A stretch of DNA of 64,000 bases from positions 1,308,976-1,372,975 of the forward strand of contig CAVUUN010000014.1 of assembly GCA_963744645.1 (NCBI GenBank), in the 5' to 3' direction. Source of the stretch: an uncultured Acidobacteriota bacterium. Its GTDB lineage: Bacteria; Acidobacteriota; UBA6911; RPQK01. Positions 1 through 8,986 of the stretch are shown here, piece by piece. The position numbers and the translations under genes are program-made. The first letter of the stretch is position 1. Each line of letters starts with the position of its first letter. The notes below the pieces were generated by a model. It saw only the letters and a list, made by a program, of their open reading frames with translations, ran no database searches and was not told the DNA's origin.

Positions 1-2137
1 GCCACTTGGCCGACAACCGCTCGAATGCCGCCGTCGCTCTCTGCTGATCCACGTCCCCCGCTATGGCGACGTGAGCCAGCTTCGGGGCAAAGGCCTGGCT
101 ATAGTACGCCCGGAGGTCGTCCAGGGTAATCGAGCCGACACTTTCGAGGGAACCCAGGGACGTGGCACCCAGGGCATGATCCGGTCCATAAACGATCTTC
201 CTGAAAACGTTCGTGGCGATTGCGGCCGGACTGGCCTGGTTCCGGCGAATCCGCTCCAGCGTCTGTCGTTTAACCCGGTCAAACTCCTTGGCATCCCAGC
301 GCGGCTCGAACAGTATCTCTTCGACAAGCGCCATCACCGCTTCCAGCTTGTTCGCCAGGCAGTTAGCCCCGAGAGTGATCGAGTCATCCTCGGCGTCCAG
401 TGAGATTGAGGCGCCCAGCTCGTCGATTGCCTCCTCCAACTCGACCGGCGTTTTTCGCGCCGTCCCCTGCATCATCAGATTTGCAGCGAGATTGGCGGTC
501 CCGGCCTTGGCGGTCGGGTCGAGAAGGTGCCCGCCCTTGATGACCAATGTGAAGGACACGAGCGGGAGTTCGCGCTGGCTGATACCGAGGACACGCATTC
601 CGCTTGCCGTCGAGACCTGCCATACCGGGGGAATCTTCAGGAGCGGCGATGCACCAGCAGCGGGTTCGACGCTCCTGTCGAACTTCGATGGAATCGCCTC
701 GATTTTCACCGATGCGCCGGCTGCCTGGGCCTGCTGCTTCTTCTGCTCGTCTATCGACTCGGCAGGGATCACGAATTTCTCGCAGCCGTTGGCCGCCAGT
801 TCCGGCTTGCCCTTAGGCACGAAGCAGGTCAGGACGAAGGGCTTTCCCTTGACGTACTTCTCATAGACTCGCCACACGTCTTTCGACTGCACGGCTTTGA
901 GCTTCTCGAGATGCTTCGGAAGATACCCGGCGCCACCGGCGTATTCCTCGTAACGGGCCAGCTGGAACCCTTTCGTCAAGACGCTGGATATCGAGTTGTA
1001 GAACCTCGTCTCAAGACCGGCCTTGATGCGGTCGAGATCCTTTTCGGTGAACTTCTCGGTCTCGAACCGGGTCAGCCGCCTCCTGAACCGCTGCCTCCAC
1101 GTCGGCAAGAGACTTGTCAGGGAAGGCTCGGACGTTGAACTGGAGGTAGCCGGTCAGTTCCTGGCTTGCCTGGTACACGGATGCCGCCGGCGCCAGCTTC
1201 TTTTCCTCCACGACAACCTTGTACATGGGGGATTTTTTGCCGTTGCCCAGAAGTTCCGCCAGCATATCGAGCGCGTAGCTGTCCGGTGAAAACTGCTCGA
1301 CGGTGGGATAGACCAGGGTGAAATCGGGCGAGCGCGCCAGCTCATCCTCGTAATAGGCCCGCTTGCTGGCCGTCGAGCTTCACCGGAATCGGCGCCATGT
1401 CTTTGACCTGGTTGTACGAGCGGATCTCGCCGAAGTACTTTTCGACCCACTTTTTCGCCTGCACCTTGTCGAAGTCGCCGGCCACAACCAGGGTGGCGTT
1501 GTTCGGCCCGTACCATTTCTTGTAGAACTCGTGCACGTCGGCCAGCGTGGCTTTCGACAAGTCCTCCAGCGGACCAATTGTCAGCCAGTTGTACGGATGG
1601 TTCGCCGGGAAAGAGCAGCTTGCTCAGGACATAGCCGGCCTGGCCGTACGGGCGATTGTCGTAGTTCTGCCGCTTTTCGTTCTGTACGACGCCTTGCTGG
1701 TTCGCGAACGCCTCCTGCGTGAGCTTGCTCAGCAGGAACCCCATTCGATCGGATTCGAGCCAGAGGACCATCTCCAGGCTGTTCTTCGGGACTACCTGGA
1801 AATATACGGTGCCGTCCCGGCTCGTCCCGCCATTGAGCGTTCCGCCGGCACCCTGGATCTTCTTGAAGAACTGGTCCTGTCCCACGTGCTGCGATTCCTG
1901 GAACATGATGTGTTCGAACAGGTGTGCAAACCCGGTGCGACCGGGCACTTCCCGATTCGAACCGACGTGGTACTGGATCGCGACCGCGACAATCGGGTCC
2001 GATTTGTCCTCGTGGAGAATGACCGTCAACCCGTTCTCCAGCTTGAACTTTTCATAGGGAATGCTAAGTTCCGCTCGGGCTGGGACGCCCAGGGCCAGTA
2101 CTCCCAAAACCAGCCAGACTGCAGTTCGGTAGCGCAT
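1..2137 (-). pseudogene. M16 (pitrilysin/insulinase) family zinc peptidase, long fused form continuing past the window start. The reading frame is broken by three apparent 1-nt indels near 1030, 1350 and 1610.
   Basis: ORF 1154..2137 has a signal peptide, the HLFEH (HxxEH) zinc-binding motif and an NEKRQ motif. It aligns residue by residue with the intact paralog at 4750..6120. The homologous sequence continues in other frames (1342..1560: HPYNWLTIGPLEDLSKATLADVHEFYKKWYGPNNATL; 1011..1265). It then continues as an uninterrupted minus-strand frame from about 1030 to position 1, encoding a second inactive-type M16 repeat (manual translation). Confidence 0.7.
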
Positions 2138-2149
2138 CTTATCTCCTTT

Positions 2150-3076
2150 CTAATTGATCAGGCCGCGGGCACTCAGCCAGTTCCTGCATGCTTCAGGCCA
2201 CCCCGATTCCGTCCCTCGGTCCTTGGCCAGCCCGTACCCGTGCCCGCCCTTCTGGTAGATGTGCAACTCCGCCGGGATCCGGTTCTTGACCAGGGCCTGG
2301 TAGTACAAAACGCTGTTAGCTACAGGCACCGCGGTATCGTCGGTGGAGTGAACGAGGAAGGCGGGAGGCGTTTCGGCATTAACCTGCAATTCGTTCGAGT
2401 ACCTGTCCACCTGTGCCTGACTGGGATCGCGACCGATGAGGCTGGTTCGTGATCCCAGGTGCGTGACTGACTGCTGGAAGGAAATCACGGGGTACATCAG
2501 GATCGAAAAATCGGGCCGGGCGCTCGTCGAGTCTGCCGGGCTGTATACGGGATCCGAATGCCGCGTGGAGGCGGTGGCCGCCACGTGACCGCCGGCCGAG
2601 AACCCCATGATGCCGATCTTGTTCGGGTCGATTTTCCACTCCGCCGCGCGCCGCCGCACAACCCGAATCGCTTCCTGAGCATCCTGGAGCGGTCCGACGC
2701 TTTTGTCCTGCATGATGGCGTCGGAAGGCAGCCGGTATTTCAGGACAATGCCCGCAATTCCCACCTCGTTGAACCAGGCCGCTATGTCATAGCCTTCATG
2801 ATCAATTGCCAGGCGGCCGTACCCGCCGCCCGGGCAGATGACAACCGCAGTGCCGTTCGCTTTTTCGGCCGGCGGGAGGTAAACCAAGAGAACCGGGTCG
2901 GTTACCTTAGCCACACGCGGCCGACCATTGTCCATGATCGTCTCTTCCCGGTAACCCGGATCGTCCCTGGCGCCCGGTGCACCGTTCGGCCAAAGTTTAA
3001 CCGTCGCGTTTTGAGCCTTGATGAGTGTCGGGACAAACAAGACAAGCAGGATCGAAACTGTAAGTGCTGTTCTCAT
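2150..3076 (-). CDS. Secreted alpha/beta-hydrolase esterase/lipase.
   Basis: Signal peptide MRTALTVSILLVLFV, a PGGGY oxyanion-hole-like motif and a GFSAGG nucleophile elbow. The upstream in-frame ATG at 3121 is less likely. Confidence 0.8.
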   Translation of the reverse strand: MRTALTVSILLVLFVPTLIKAQNATVKLWPNGAPGARDDPGYREETIMDNGRPRVAKVTDPVLLVYLPPAEKANGTAVVICPGGGYGRLAIDHEGYDIAAWFNEVGIAGIVLKYRLPSDAIMQDKSVGPLQDAQEAIRVVRRRAAEWKIDPNKIGIMGFSAGGHVAATASTRHSDPVYSPADSTSARPDFSILMYPVISFQQSVTHLGSRTSLIGRDPSQAQVDRYSNELQVNAETPPAFLVHSTDDTAVPVANSVLYYQALVKNRIPAELHIYQKGGHGYGLAKDRGTESGWPEACRNWLSARGLIN

Positions 3077-3221
3077 GTGAATATCCAATTCGCCGTCCCA
3101 GAGTGTACGCGCTTTTCGCACCGTATTTAAGGGCGGAGATGAAAGACGTTATCCACGAAGGACGAAGAGAGACAAACGCCATCCATACCACCCTGCCTTT
3201 ATTCGTGTCCGTTCGTCACAA

Positions 3222-3393
3222 CCCGCTTACTCCGCTAAAAAGCGCTGTGTGACGGCTCTGACAATGCTCGACAGGACGGTTGGCTTCTATGGCTTCTTAG
3301 AAGGATGGAGCGAGTGCAAGAACGGGGAACCGCGCCCGGTGCGAGGTATTGTCAGAGCCGCGCACGCAGCGCTTTTCAGCGGAGTAAGCGGGT
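3222..3393. repeat. Family A palindromic repeat element: inverted 42-bp arms CCCGCTTACTCCGCTAAAAAGCGCTGTGTGACGGCTCTGACA / TGTCAGAGCCGCGCACGCAGCGCTTTTCAGCGGAGTAAGCGGG flanking a spacer of about 90 bp.
   Basis: Near-perfect inverted repeat read directly from the sequence. Closely related copies are at 10670..10827, 41163..41319 and 63723..63825, with partial copies at 10941..10979 and 19875..19936. Confidence 0.85.
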
Positions 3394-3502
3394 GGTCACA
3401 GCCGGCATACCCCCGTGCCCTTGACTATTGCAGCGCGATACGTCTTTCGTCTGTATGGAATTCGGGTCTAGACTGTATGGATCAAACAGGAGGATGGTTC
3501 TC

Positions 3503-4612
3503 ATGCGCCGTGTTCTCATACTTGCAGCATTATTACTTTCCGGTCAGGCCTTCGCTCAAGGGCCGCAACGACTTGTGTCCCCTGAGGTTCACCCGGACAA
3601 GAGTGTCACTTTTCGGTTGCGCGCTCCCGGCGCCAAAGAGGTTTTCATGGCCCGGGAATCGGCAGAACGATTGCCGATGCAGAAGGATGACCAGGGCGTC
3701 TGGACGGTCAAAACGTCGCCGCTGGAACCCGATCTTTACGGCTATAGCTTCGTCGTCGACGGGGTCACGTTGACCGATCCGTCCAGTCCCATCCTGGTGA
3801 AGCCCAATTTCATCTACCCGAGCAGCTATGTCCACGTGCCAGGTCCGGCTTCCCTTCCCTGGGAAATCAAAGACATTCCGCGTGGGGTCGTTCATCATCA
3901 CTTCTACCACTCCGCAGTCGTCGGAGACGACCGTGACTTCTACGTCTATACTCCTCCTGGCTATGACTCCAAAGCCCCCAGGCAATACCCGACACTGTAT
4001 CTGCTCCACGGTTTCAGCGACGACGCGAGCGGGTGGACGGCGGTCGGAAGAGCTCATGTCATTCTCGACAGCCTGATCGCCGACGGAAAAGCCAAGCCCA
4101 TGCTGGTGGTTATGCCACTCGGCTACGGTGCACCCGAAGTGGTCTCGCCCCGCAGCGGGCCCCGCGACAATACCGCCTGGAGACGTAACGTCGAGAAGTT
4201 CAGCGAGGCGACTTTGAAGGAGGTAGTTCCCCAGGTCGAGCAGTTGTACCGGGCTTCGCAGCAGCGTACGGACAGGGCGATCGCAGGCCTGTCAATGGGT
4301 GGAGCCGAGGCGTTGGCCACCGGTCTCAATGCGGTTGACCGGTTCGCTTGGGTCGGTGCGTTCAGTTCCGGCGGCCTGGGGGAGAATTTCGCGGGCACAT
4401 TTCCCACCCTGGATGCCAAGGCCAACGATCAGTTGCGCCTTCTGTGGATGGCTTGCGGCACCGAGGACGGCCTGATTCAAGGCAACCGAAAGCTCGTCGA
4501 GTGGCTGAAATCCAAGAACATTCGACACAACTGGACCGAGACACCCGGCGCCCATACCTGGATGGTGTGGCGGCGTTACCTCGCCCAGTTCGTGCCGTTG
4601 CTGTTCCAGTGA
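3503..4612 (+). CDS. Secreted putative esterase (esterase D / enterochelin-esterase-like fold with an N-terminal Ig-like domain).
   Basis: RBS AGGAGG 9 nt upstream of the ATG at 3503, signal peptide MRRVLILAALLLSGQAFA, a GLSMGG GxSxG motif and a putative-esterase family sequence pattern. Confidence 0.8.
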   Translation: MRRVLILAALLLSGQAFAQGPQRLVSPEVHPDKSVTFRLRAPGAKEVFMARESAERLPMQKDDQGVWTVKTSPLEPDLYGYSFVVDGVTLTDPSSPILVKPNFIYPSSYVHVPGPASLPWEIKDIPRGVVHHHFYHSAVVGDDRDFYVYTPPGYDSKAPRQYPTLYLLHGFSDDASGWTAVGRAHVILDSLIADGKAKPMLVVMPLGYGAPEVVSPRSGPRDNTAWRRNVEKFSEATLKEVVPQVEQLYRASQQRTDRAIAGLSMGGAEALATGLNAVDRFAWVGAFSSGGLGENFAGTFPTLDAKANDQLRLLWMACGTEDGLIQGNRKLVEWLKSKNIRHNWTETPGAHTWMVWRRYLAQFVPLLFQ

Positions 4613-4630
4613 AGGTAGAAGGAATTTCGG

Positions 4631-4744
4631 GGACACGAAACTTATTTCGGGGACATAACACTTAATTCCCAACCCGCTACCGGTGCTCTCTCCGGTTGCA
4701 AGGGAATTAAGTCTTGTGTCCCCGAAATTTCCCGAATGATGGAG
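4631..4744. repeat. Family B hairpin element: TTTCGGGGACATAACACTTAATTCCC, a loop of about 31 nt, then GGGAATTAAGTCTTGTGTCCCCGAAAT. It lies immediately upstream of the M16 start codon.
   Basis: Inverted repeat read from the sequence. The same element is at 23521..23867 (3 tandem units), 38193..38457 (2 units) and 50081..50193. Confidence 0.85.
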
Positions 4745-4749
4745 GAGGC

Positions 4750-6120
4750 ATGAAACGATTCTTTGTTGCGGCGTTTCTCTTGTGCATGGGAACCCTCTGG
4801 GCGCAAAACGCTCCTGTCAAGGTTCCCTACACCCGGTTCACGCTCCCCAATGGACTCACTGTAATTCTGCATGAGGATCACTCGGTGCCGCTGGTGAGTG
4901 TGAACACTTACTACCATGTCGGATCAGGACGTGAGAAGCCCGGGCGGACTGGCTTCGCACATCTCTTCGAACACCTGATGTTCGAGGGGTCCGCTAACGT
5001 CCCGGAAGGCAAGTTCGACGAATGGCTCGAGGCGGCCGGCGGTGACAACAACGGCTCGACGAATTCGGATCGCACCAACTACTGGATGGATGTCCCGCGC
5101 AACTCAATCGAGCTCCCCCTGTTTCTTGAATCCGACCGCATGGCCTACCTCTTGAAGACTATGACGGCGGCCACCGTGAACGGACAGCGGGACGTCGTCA
5201 AGAACGAGAGACGCCAGTCGTACGAAAACCGCCCGTACGGCATGTCCTCGATTCTCCTCTCCGAAAACCTGTACCCCGCTGATCATCCGTACCACTGGCC
5301 GACGATCGGCTCCATGGAAGACCTGTCGGCGGCGAGCTTCGAAGATGTCGTCGAGTTCTTCAAGCGGTACTACGGGCCCAACAACGCCAGCCTCGTGATC
5401 GGCGGCGATATCGACCCGGCCAAGACCCGGGCGGTGGTGACGAAGTGGTTCTCGGAAATTCCCGCCGGACCGCCGGTCCCGGCGTTTTTCGCGACTCCCC
5501 CGCGGCTGGCCGAAGAGAAACGCCTGCTGCTGGAGGACAAGGTCCAGTTGCCCCGTGTGTATATGGCATGGCTGACACCCGCCGCCTTCGCTCCGGGTGA
5601 TGCCGAGCTGGATGTGCTGGCCAGCGTGCTTGCCTCCGGAAAGAACTCCCGGCTCTATAAGCGTCTCGTCTACGAACTTCAGATCGCGCAGGACGTGGCC
5701 GCTTATCAGGCGACCGGGCAGCTTGGTTCCAGCTTCCGAATTATCGCGACGGCCCGCGCCGGCCACACTCTGTCTGAGTTGGAAGCGATCATCCAGGAAG
5801 AAATCGATCGCCTCAAGAAAGAGCCGCCCTCTTCGCGGGAGGTGGAACGCGTCGTCAATCAGATCGAAGCCGATTTTCTGTCGCGGATGGAACGGGTCGG
5901 GGGCTTCGGGGGCAAGGCCGATCAACTCAATTACTACTATACGGTCACCGGAAATCCGGACTATTTCAACGAGGATCTCGGCCGCTACAAGGCGCTCGCG
6001 CCCGAAGACGTAGCGAACGCGGCCCAGACCTATCTGCCCAACAATGCCCGGGTGATTCTGAGCGTTGTTCCCACCGGCAGGAAGGAACTGAGCGCAATGT
6101 CGGGAAAGGAGCAGAAGTAA
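4750..6120 (+). CDS. M16 family zinc metallopeptidase (active, HLFEH motif), secreted.
   Basis: RBS GGAGGAGG, a signal peptide, HLFEH, a downstream E and an NERRQ motif, and full-length two-domain M16 architecture. Confidence 0.9.
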   Translation: MKRFFVAAFLLCMGTLWAQNAPVKVPYTRFTLPNGLTVILHEDHSVPLVSVNTYYHVGSGREKPGRTGFAHLFEHLMFEGSANVPEGKFDEWLEAAGGDNNGSTNSDRTNYWMDVPRNSIELPLFLESDRMAYLLKTMTAATVNGQRDVVKNERRQSYENRPYGMSSILLSENLYPADHPYHWPTIGSMEDLSAASFEDVVEFFKRYYGPNNASLVIGGDIDPAKTRAVVTKWFSEIPAGPPVPAFFATPPRLAEEKRLLLEDKVQLPRVYMAWLTPAAFAPGDAELDVLASVLASGKNSRLYKRLVYELQIAQDVAAYQATGQLGSSFRIIATARAGHTLSELEAIIQEEIDRLKKEPPSSREVERVVNQIEADFLSRMERVGGFGGKADQLNYYYTVTGNPDYFNEDLGRYKALAPEDVANAAQTYLPNNARVILSVVPTGRKELSAMSGKEQK

Positions 6121-6122
6121 CC

Positions 6123-7625
6123 ATGCTGACCCAATCGGAAATCAGACAAACCTCGGGCCGGAGACTCATGTCCTGCTCCTTGCTTCTTCTGGCGCTCATC
6201 GCTCTGACCGGCTCAATTTCAGCCCAGGCGTCGCCTCCGGACCGCACGCACCCTCCGTCCCCTGAATCGCCCGCCGCGCTGAAACTCCCGGCTATCGAGC
6301 ATCTGAAGCTCTCTAACGGGCTTCAGGTGATCCTGCTCGAAAAGCACGAGGTCCCGGTCGTTTACCTCAATCTGCTTGTTTCAGGGGGTCGCGCCCTTGA
6401 CCCACAGGGAAAGATCGGGCTTGCTCAGCTGACCGCCAGCATGATGACCGAGGGCGCAGGGAGCCGGGACGCGCTTCAACTAGCCGACGCGATTGATTTT
6501 CTGGGCGCGCAGATTTCTGCTTCGGCCATGGCTCACACTTTTTCCGTCAGTCTTTACGTGCCCGTCGCAAAACTGACCGAGGCCCTGCCTCTACTGTCGG
6601 ACGTGGCCCTCCATCCAACTTTCTCGAGCGAGGAACTGGAACGCAAACGCGCGCAACAACTCACGCGACTCTTGCAGGCCCGGGACAATCCACCGTCAGT
6701 CGCGTCCGTTCTTTTTGGGCACACTCTTTACGGGCTCTCGCATCCCTACGGCGCCTCGGTTTTTGGAGATGAAGCAACTATCCGGTCGTTCACAGTCGGC
6801 GACCTGAAAAAGCTGCACTCCTCGGCCTTTCAGCCGGAGAGCTCCACCTTGATCGTGGTCGGAGCGGTCAAACCGAACGATCTCGTGCCCAGTCTGGAAA
6901 AGGCTTTCGGTCAGTGGAAGCCGGGCGCAGCACCTTCCCCGCAAATGCCTGAGGCTAAGCAAGTCCCGGAACGGGCGATCTTCTTGGCCGACAAGCCTGG
7001 AGCGGCGCAGTCCGAGATCCGGGTTGGCCGGATAGGCGTCCCTCGCCTGACCGATGACTACTTCAACCTGGTGGTGCTGAACAGCATCCTGGGCGGCTCA
7101 TTCACGTCGCGTCTGAATAACAACCTGCGCGAGCAGCATGGTTACACCTACGGGGCAGGATCGCGGTTCGACTTCAATGTGCTCGCAGGTCCGTTCACTA
7201 TCGCTACCGCGGTGCAGACCGCGGTGACGGACAAGGCTCTGGCCGAAATCCTGAAGGAACTGGAAGCTATCCGCAAACCTATCCCCGCGGACGAACTGGA
7301 GCGAGGCAAGAACTACACGGCTCTGCGATTCCCTTCCCGTTTTCAGTCCGTTGGCGACATCGCCGACGAGCTCGAAGAGCTGGTGCTCTTCCGCCTGCCC
7401 GACAGTTATTTCAACGACTATGTCGGCCGGATTCTCGCGGTCACGCAATCCGACGTCCAGAAGGCTGCCGAGAAGTACCTCGACCCGGCGAAGGTCGCAA
7501 TCATCATCGTTGGAGATCGGGAAAAGATCGAAGCACCTTTGCGGGCACTGAACGTCGGTCCCATCAAACTTCTGACGATCGACGACGTGATGGGCAAGGC
7601 ACCGGAGCTGGCGAAGACGCAGTAG
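6123..7625 (+). CDS. M16 family peptidase, non-catalytic partner subunit (no HxxEH), secreted.
   Basis: Start codon overlaps or abuts the upstream M16 gene. It has a signal peptide and M16 N- and C-domains but lacks zinc ligands, which is the typical M16B heterodimer arrangement. Confidence 0.85.
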   Translation: MLTQSEIRQTSGRRLMSCSLLLLALIALTGSISAQASPPDRTHPPSPESPAALKLPAIEHLKLSNGLQVILLEKHEVPVVYLNLLVSGGRALDPQGKIGLAQLTASMMTEGAGSRDALQLADAIDFLGAQISASAMAHTFSVSLYVPVAKLTEALPLLSDVALHPTFSSEELERKRAQQLTRLLQARDNPPSVASVLFGHTLYGLSHPYGASVFGDEATIRSFTVGDLKKLHSSAFQPESSTLIVVGAVKPNDLVPSLEKAFGQWKPGAAPSPQMPEAKQVPERAIFLADKPGAAQSEIRVGRIGVPRLTDDYFNLVVLNSILGGSFTSRLNNNLREQHGYTYGAGSRFDFNVLAGPFTIATAVQTAVTDKALAEILKELEAIRKPIPADELERGKNYTALRFPSRFQSVGDIADELEELVLFRLPDSYFNDYVGRILAVTQSDVQKAAEKYLDPAKVAIIIVGDREKIEAPLRALNVGPIKLLTIDDVMGKAPELAKTQ

Positions 7626-7635
7626 AGGGCAGGAA

Positions 7636-7819
7636 ATGGACAGAGTGGACAAAGTGGACAGATAGGACAAATCGCAGCCACCAGGTCCTATTCGTCCACC
7701 TTGTCCACTCTGTCCACCTTGTCCACTCGGCTTTTCGGCTCAGTTGTCAGTTGTCAGTTGTCAGTCGTCAGTTGTCAGTCGTCAGTTGTCAGTTGTCAGT
7801 CGTCAGTTGTCAGTCGTCG
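7636..7819. terminator. Palindrome (TGGACAGAGTGGACAAAGTGGACAGATAGGAC ... GTCCTATTCGTCCACCTTGTCCACTCTGTCCA) followed by a tandem heptamer array (GTTGTCA/GTCGTCA, about 11 units), between convergent genes.
   Basis: Perfect stem of about 32 bp plus heptanucleotide tandem repeats read from the sequence, located between the M16 (+) end and the ada (-) end. Confidence 0.6.
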
Positions 7820-8939
7820 TTCCGGCGTGCGCACGCTCGTGGTCCAGGAGACAGCGTTTCCGCCAGAGTCCCCCGCCATAACCGCAAAGCGTGCCGTCAG
7901 CCGCCACCACCCGGTGACACGGAATGATGATCCCGATGCGGTTGTCGCCATTGGCGCGCGCGACTGCACGCACGGCTTCCGGCTGTCCCAGCTTGGCTGC
8001 CTGCTCCGCGTAACTTGCGGTTGTTCCATAGGGGATGGTGCGCAGGATTTCCCACACTCGTTGCTGAAAAGGCGTGCCGGGAGTAAGCAGGGGCAGGTCG
8101 AACTCGCGGCGGCTCCCCTCAAAATACTCCTTGAGCTGCCGTTCGACCTCCGCCATCAAATCGGTCTCGCCTGGAACCGCGCGGCATGAAAGCCTGTCCT
8201 GAAGGCGTCGGATCTGGGTTTCGAGCATGCGCCGGTCGCAGAATTCGAGCAGGCACAATGCATCGTCGAATACTCCCACGACCAGCGGTCCCAAGGGCGA
8301 CAGGATGCGGGTCACCGTGACGACGTTCGTCGTTCGACTGCGCCCCGGGGTATCGCCAAAGAGCTTCTCAAAAGCGTCACGAAAACCGCTCAATGACTCG
8401 AATCCATGCTCGAAAGCAGCATCAGTCAGGTCGCCACCCCGCCGGATCCGACCGAGTGCAAGGGCAAGCCGGCGGGCCCTCTGGTAAGCGTGGAACGTCA
8501 TCGAATGGTTCGCAGTAAACCAGCGGCGAACACGGAAGGGGTCCAGACCGATGGCCCGTAAATCCGCGTCCATCCAGCGTTTCGCCGGATCCTCTTCGAT
8601 TGCGGCGAGCAATGGCGCCAGCCACTCGGGCGCCGCGCCCGGCGGGTCGACGGGACGACACCGGAGGCACGGCCGGTAGCCGGCAAACAGCGCCTCCTGG
8701 ACGCTCGCGTAGTATTCGACATTCTCGAGCTTGGGCTTTCGCGCGGTGCAGCTAGGACGGCAGAAGATCCCCGTCGTGCGTACAGCCGTGTAAAACACGC
8801 CGTCGAACTCGCTGTCACTGGCATTGAAAGCCCTCGCCATCACTTCGGTTGGAGGTAGTGTTTTGGAAAGCATGGGGCCAGTATCCGGAAAACGAAAAGC
8901 GATTTCTACCGGAGAACGATCAGGGAATCTTTTTTTCAT
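7803..8939 (-). CDS. ada: Bifunctional Ada: methylphosphotriester-DNA methyltransferase/AraC-type regulator fused to O6-methylguanine-DNA methyltransferase.
   Basis: N-terminal Ada zinc domain (FYTAVRTTGIFCRPSC...PCLRC), an AraC HTH and a C-terminal MGMT domain with PCHRV. The true start is probably MLSK at 8873. The extreme C-terminus (TTTDN) is read through the heptamer array and may be an artefact. Confidence 0.85.
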   Translation of the reverse strand: MKKRFPDRSPVEIAFRFPDTGPMLSKTLPPTEVMARAFNASDSEFDGVFYTAVRTTGIFCRPSCTARKPKLENVEYYASVQEALFAGYRPCLRCRPVDPPGAAPEWLAPLLAAIEEDPAKRWMDADLRAIGLDPFRVRRWFTANHSMTFHAYQRARRLALALGRIRRGGDLTDAAFEHGFESLSGFRDAFEKLFGDTPGRSRTTNVVTVTRILSPLGPLVVGVFDDALCLLEFCDRRMLETQIRRLQDRLSCRAVPGETDLMAEVERQLKEYFEGSRREFDLPLLTPGTPFQQRVWEILRTIPYGTTASYAEQAAKLGQPEAVRAVARANGDNRIGIIIPCHRVVAADGTLCGYGGGLWRKRCLLDHERAHAGTTTDN

Positions 8940-8986
8940 GCGGCAGGCCCGCGAAGATCGGCGGGCCCATCGTCATGCGAGAATGC

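Noticed and set aside
213-1138. Plus-strand ORFs 213..866 and 527..1138.
   Set aside because: They are Ser/Ala/Arg-rich low-complexity translations antisense to the continuing M16 peptidase frame on the minus strand.
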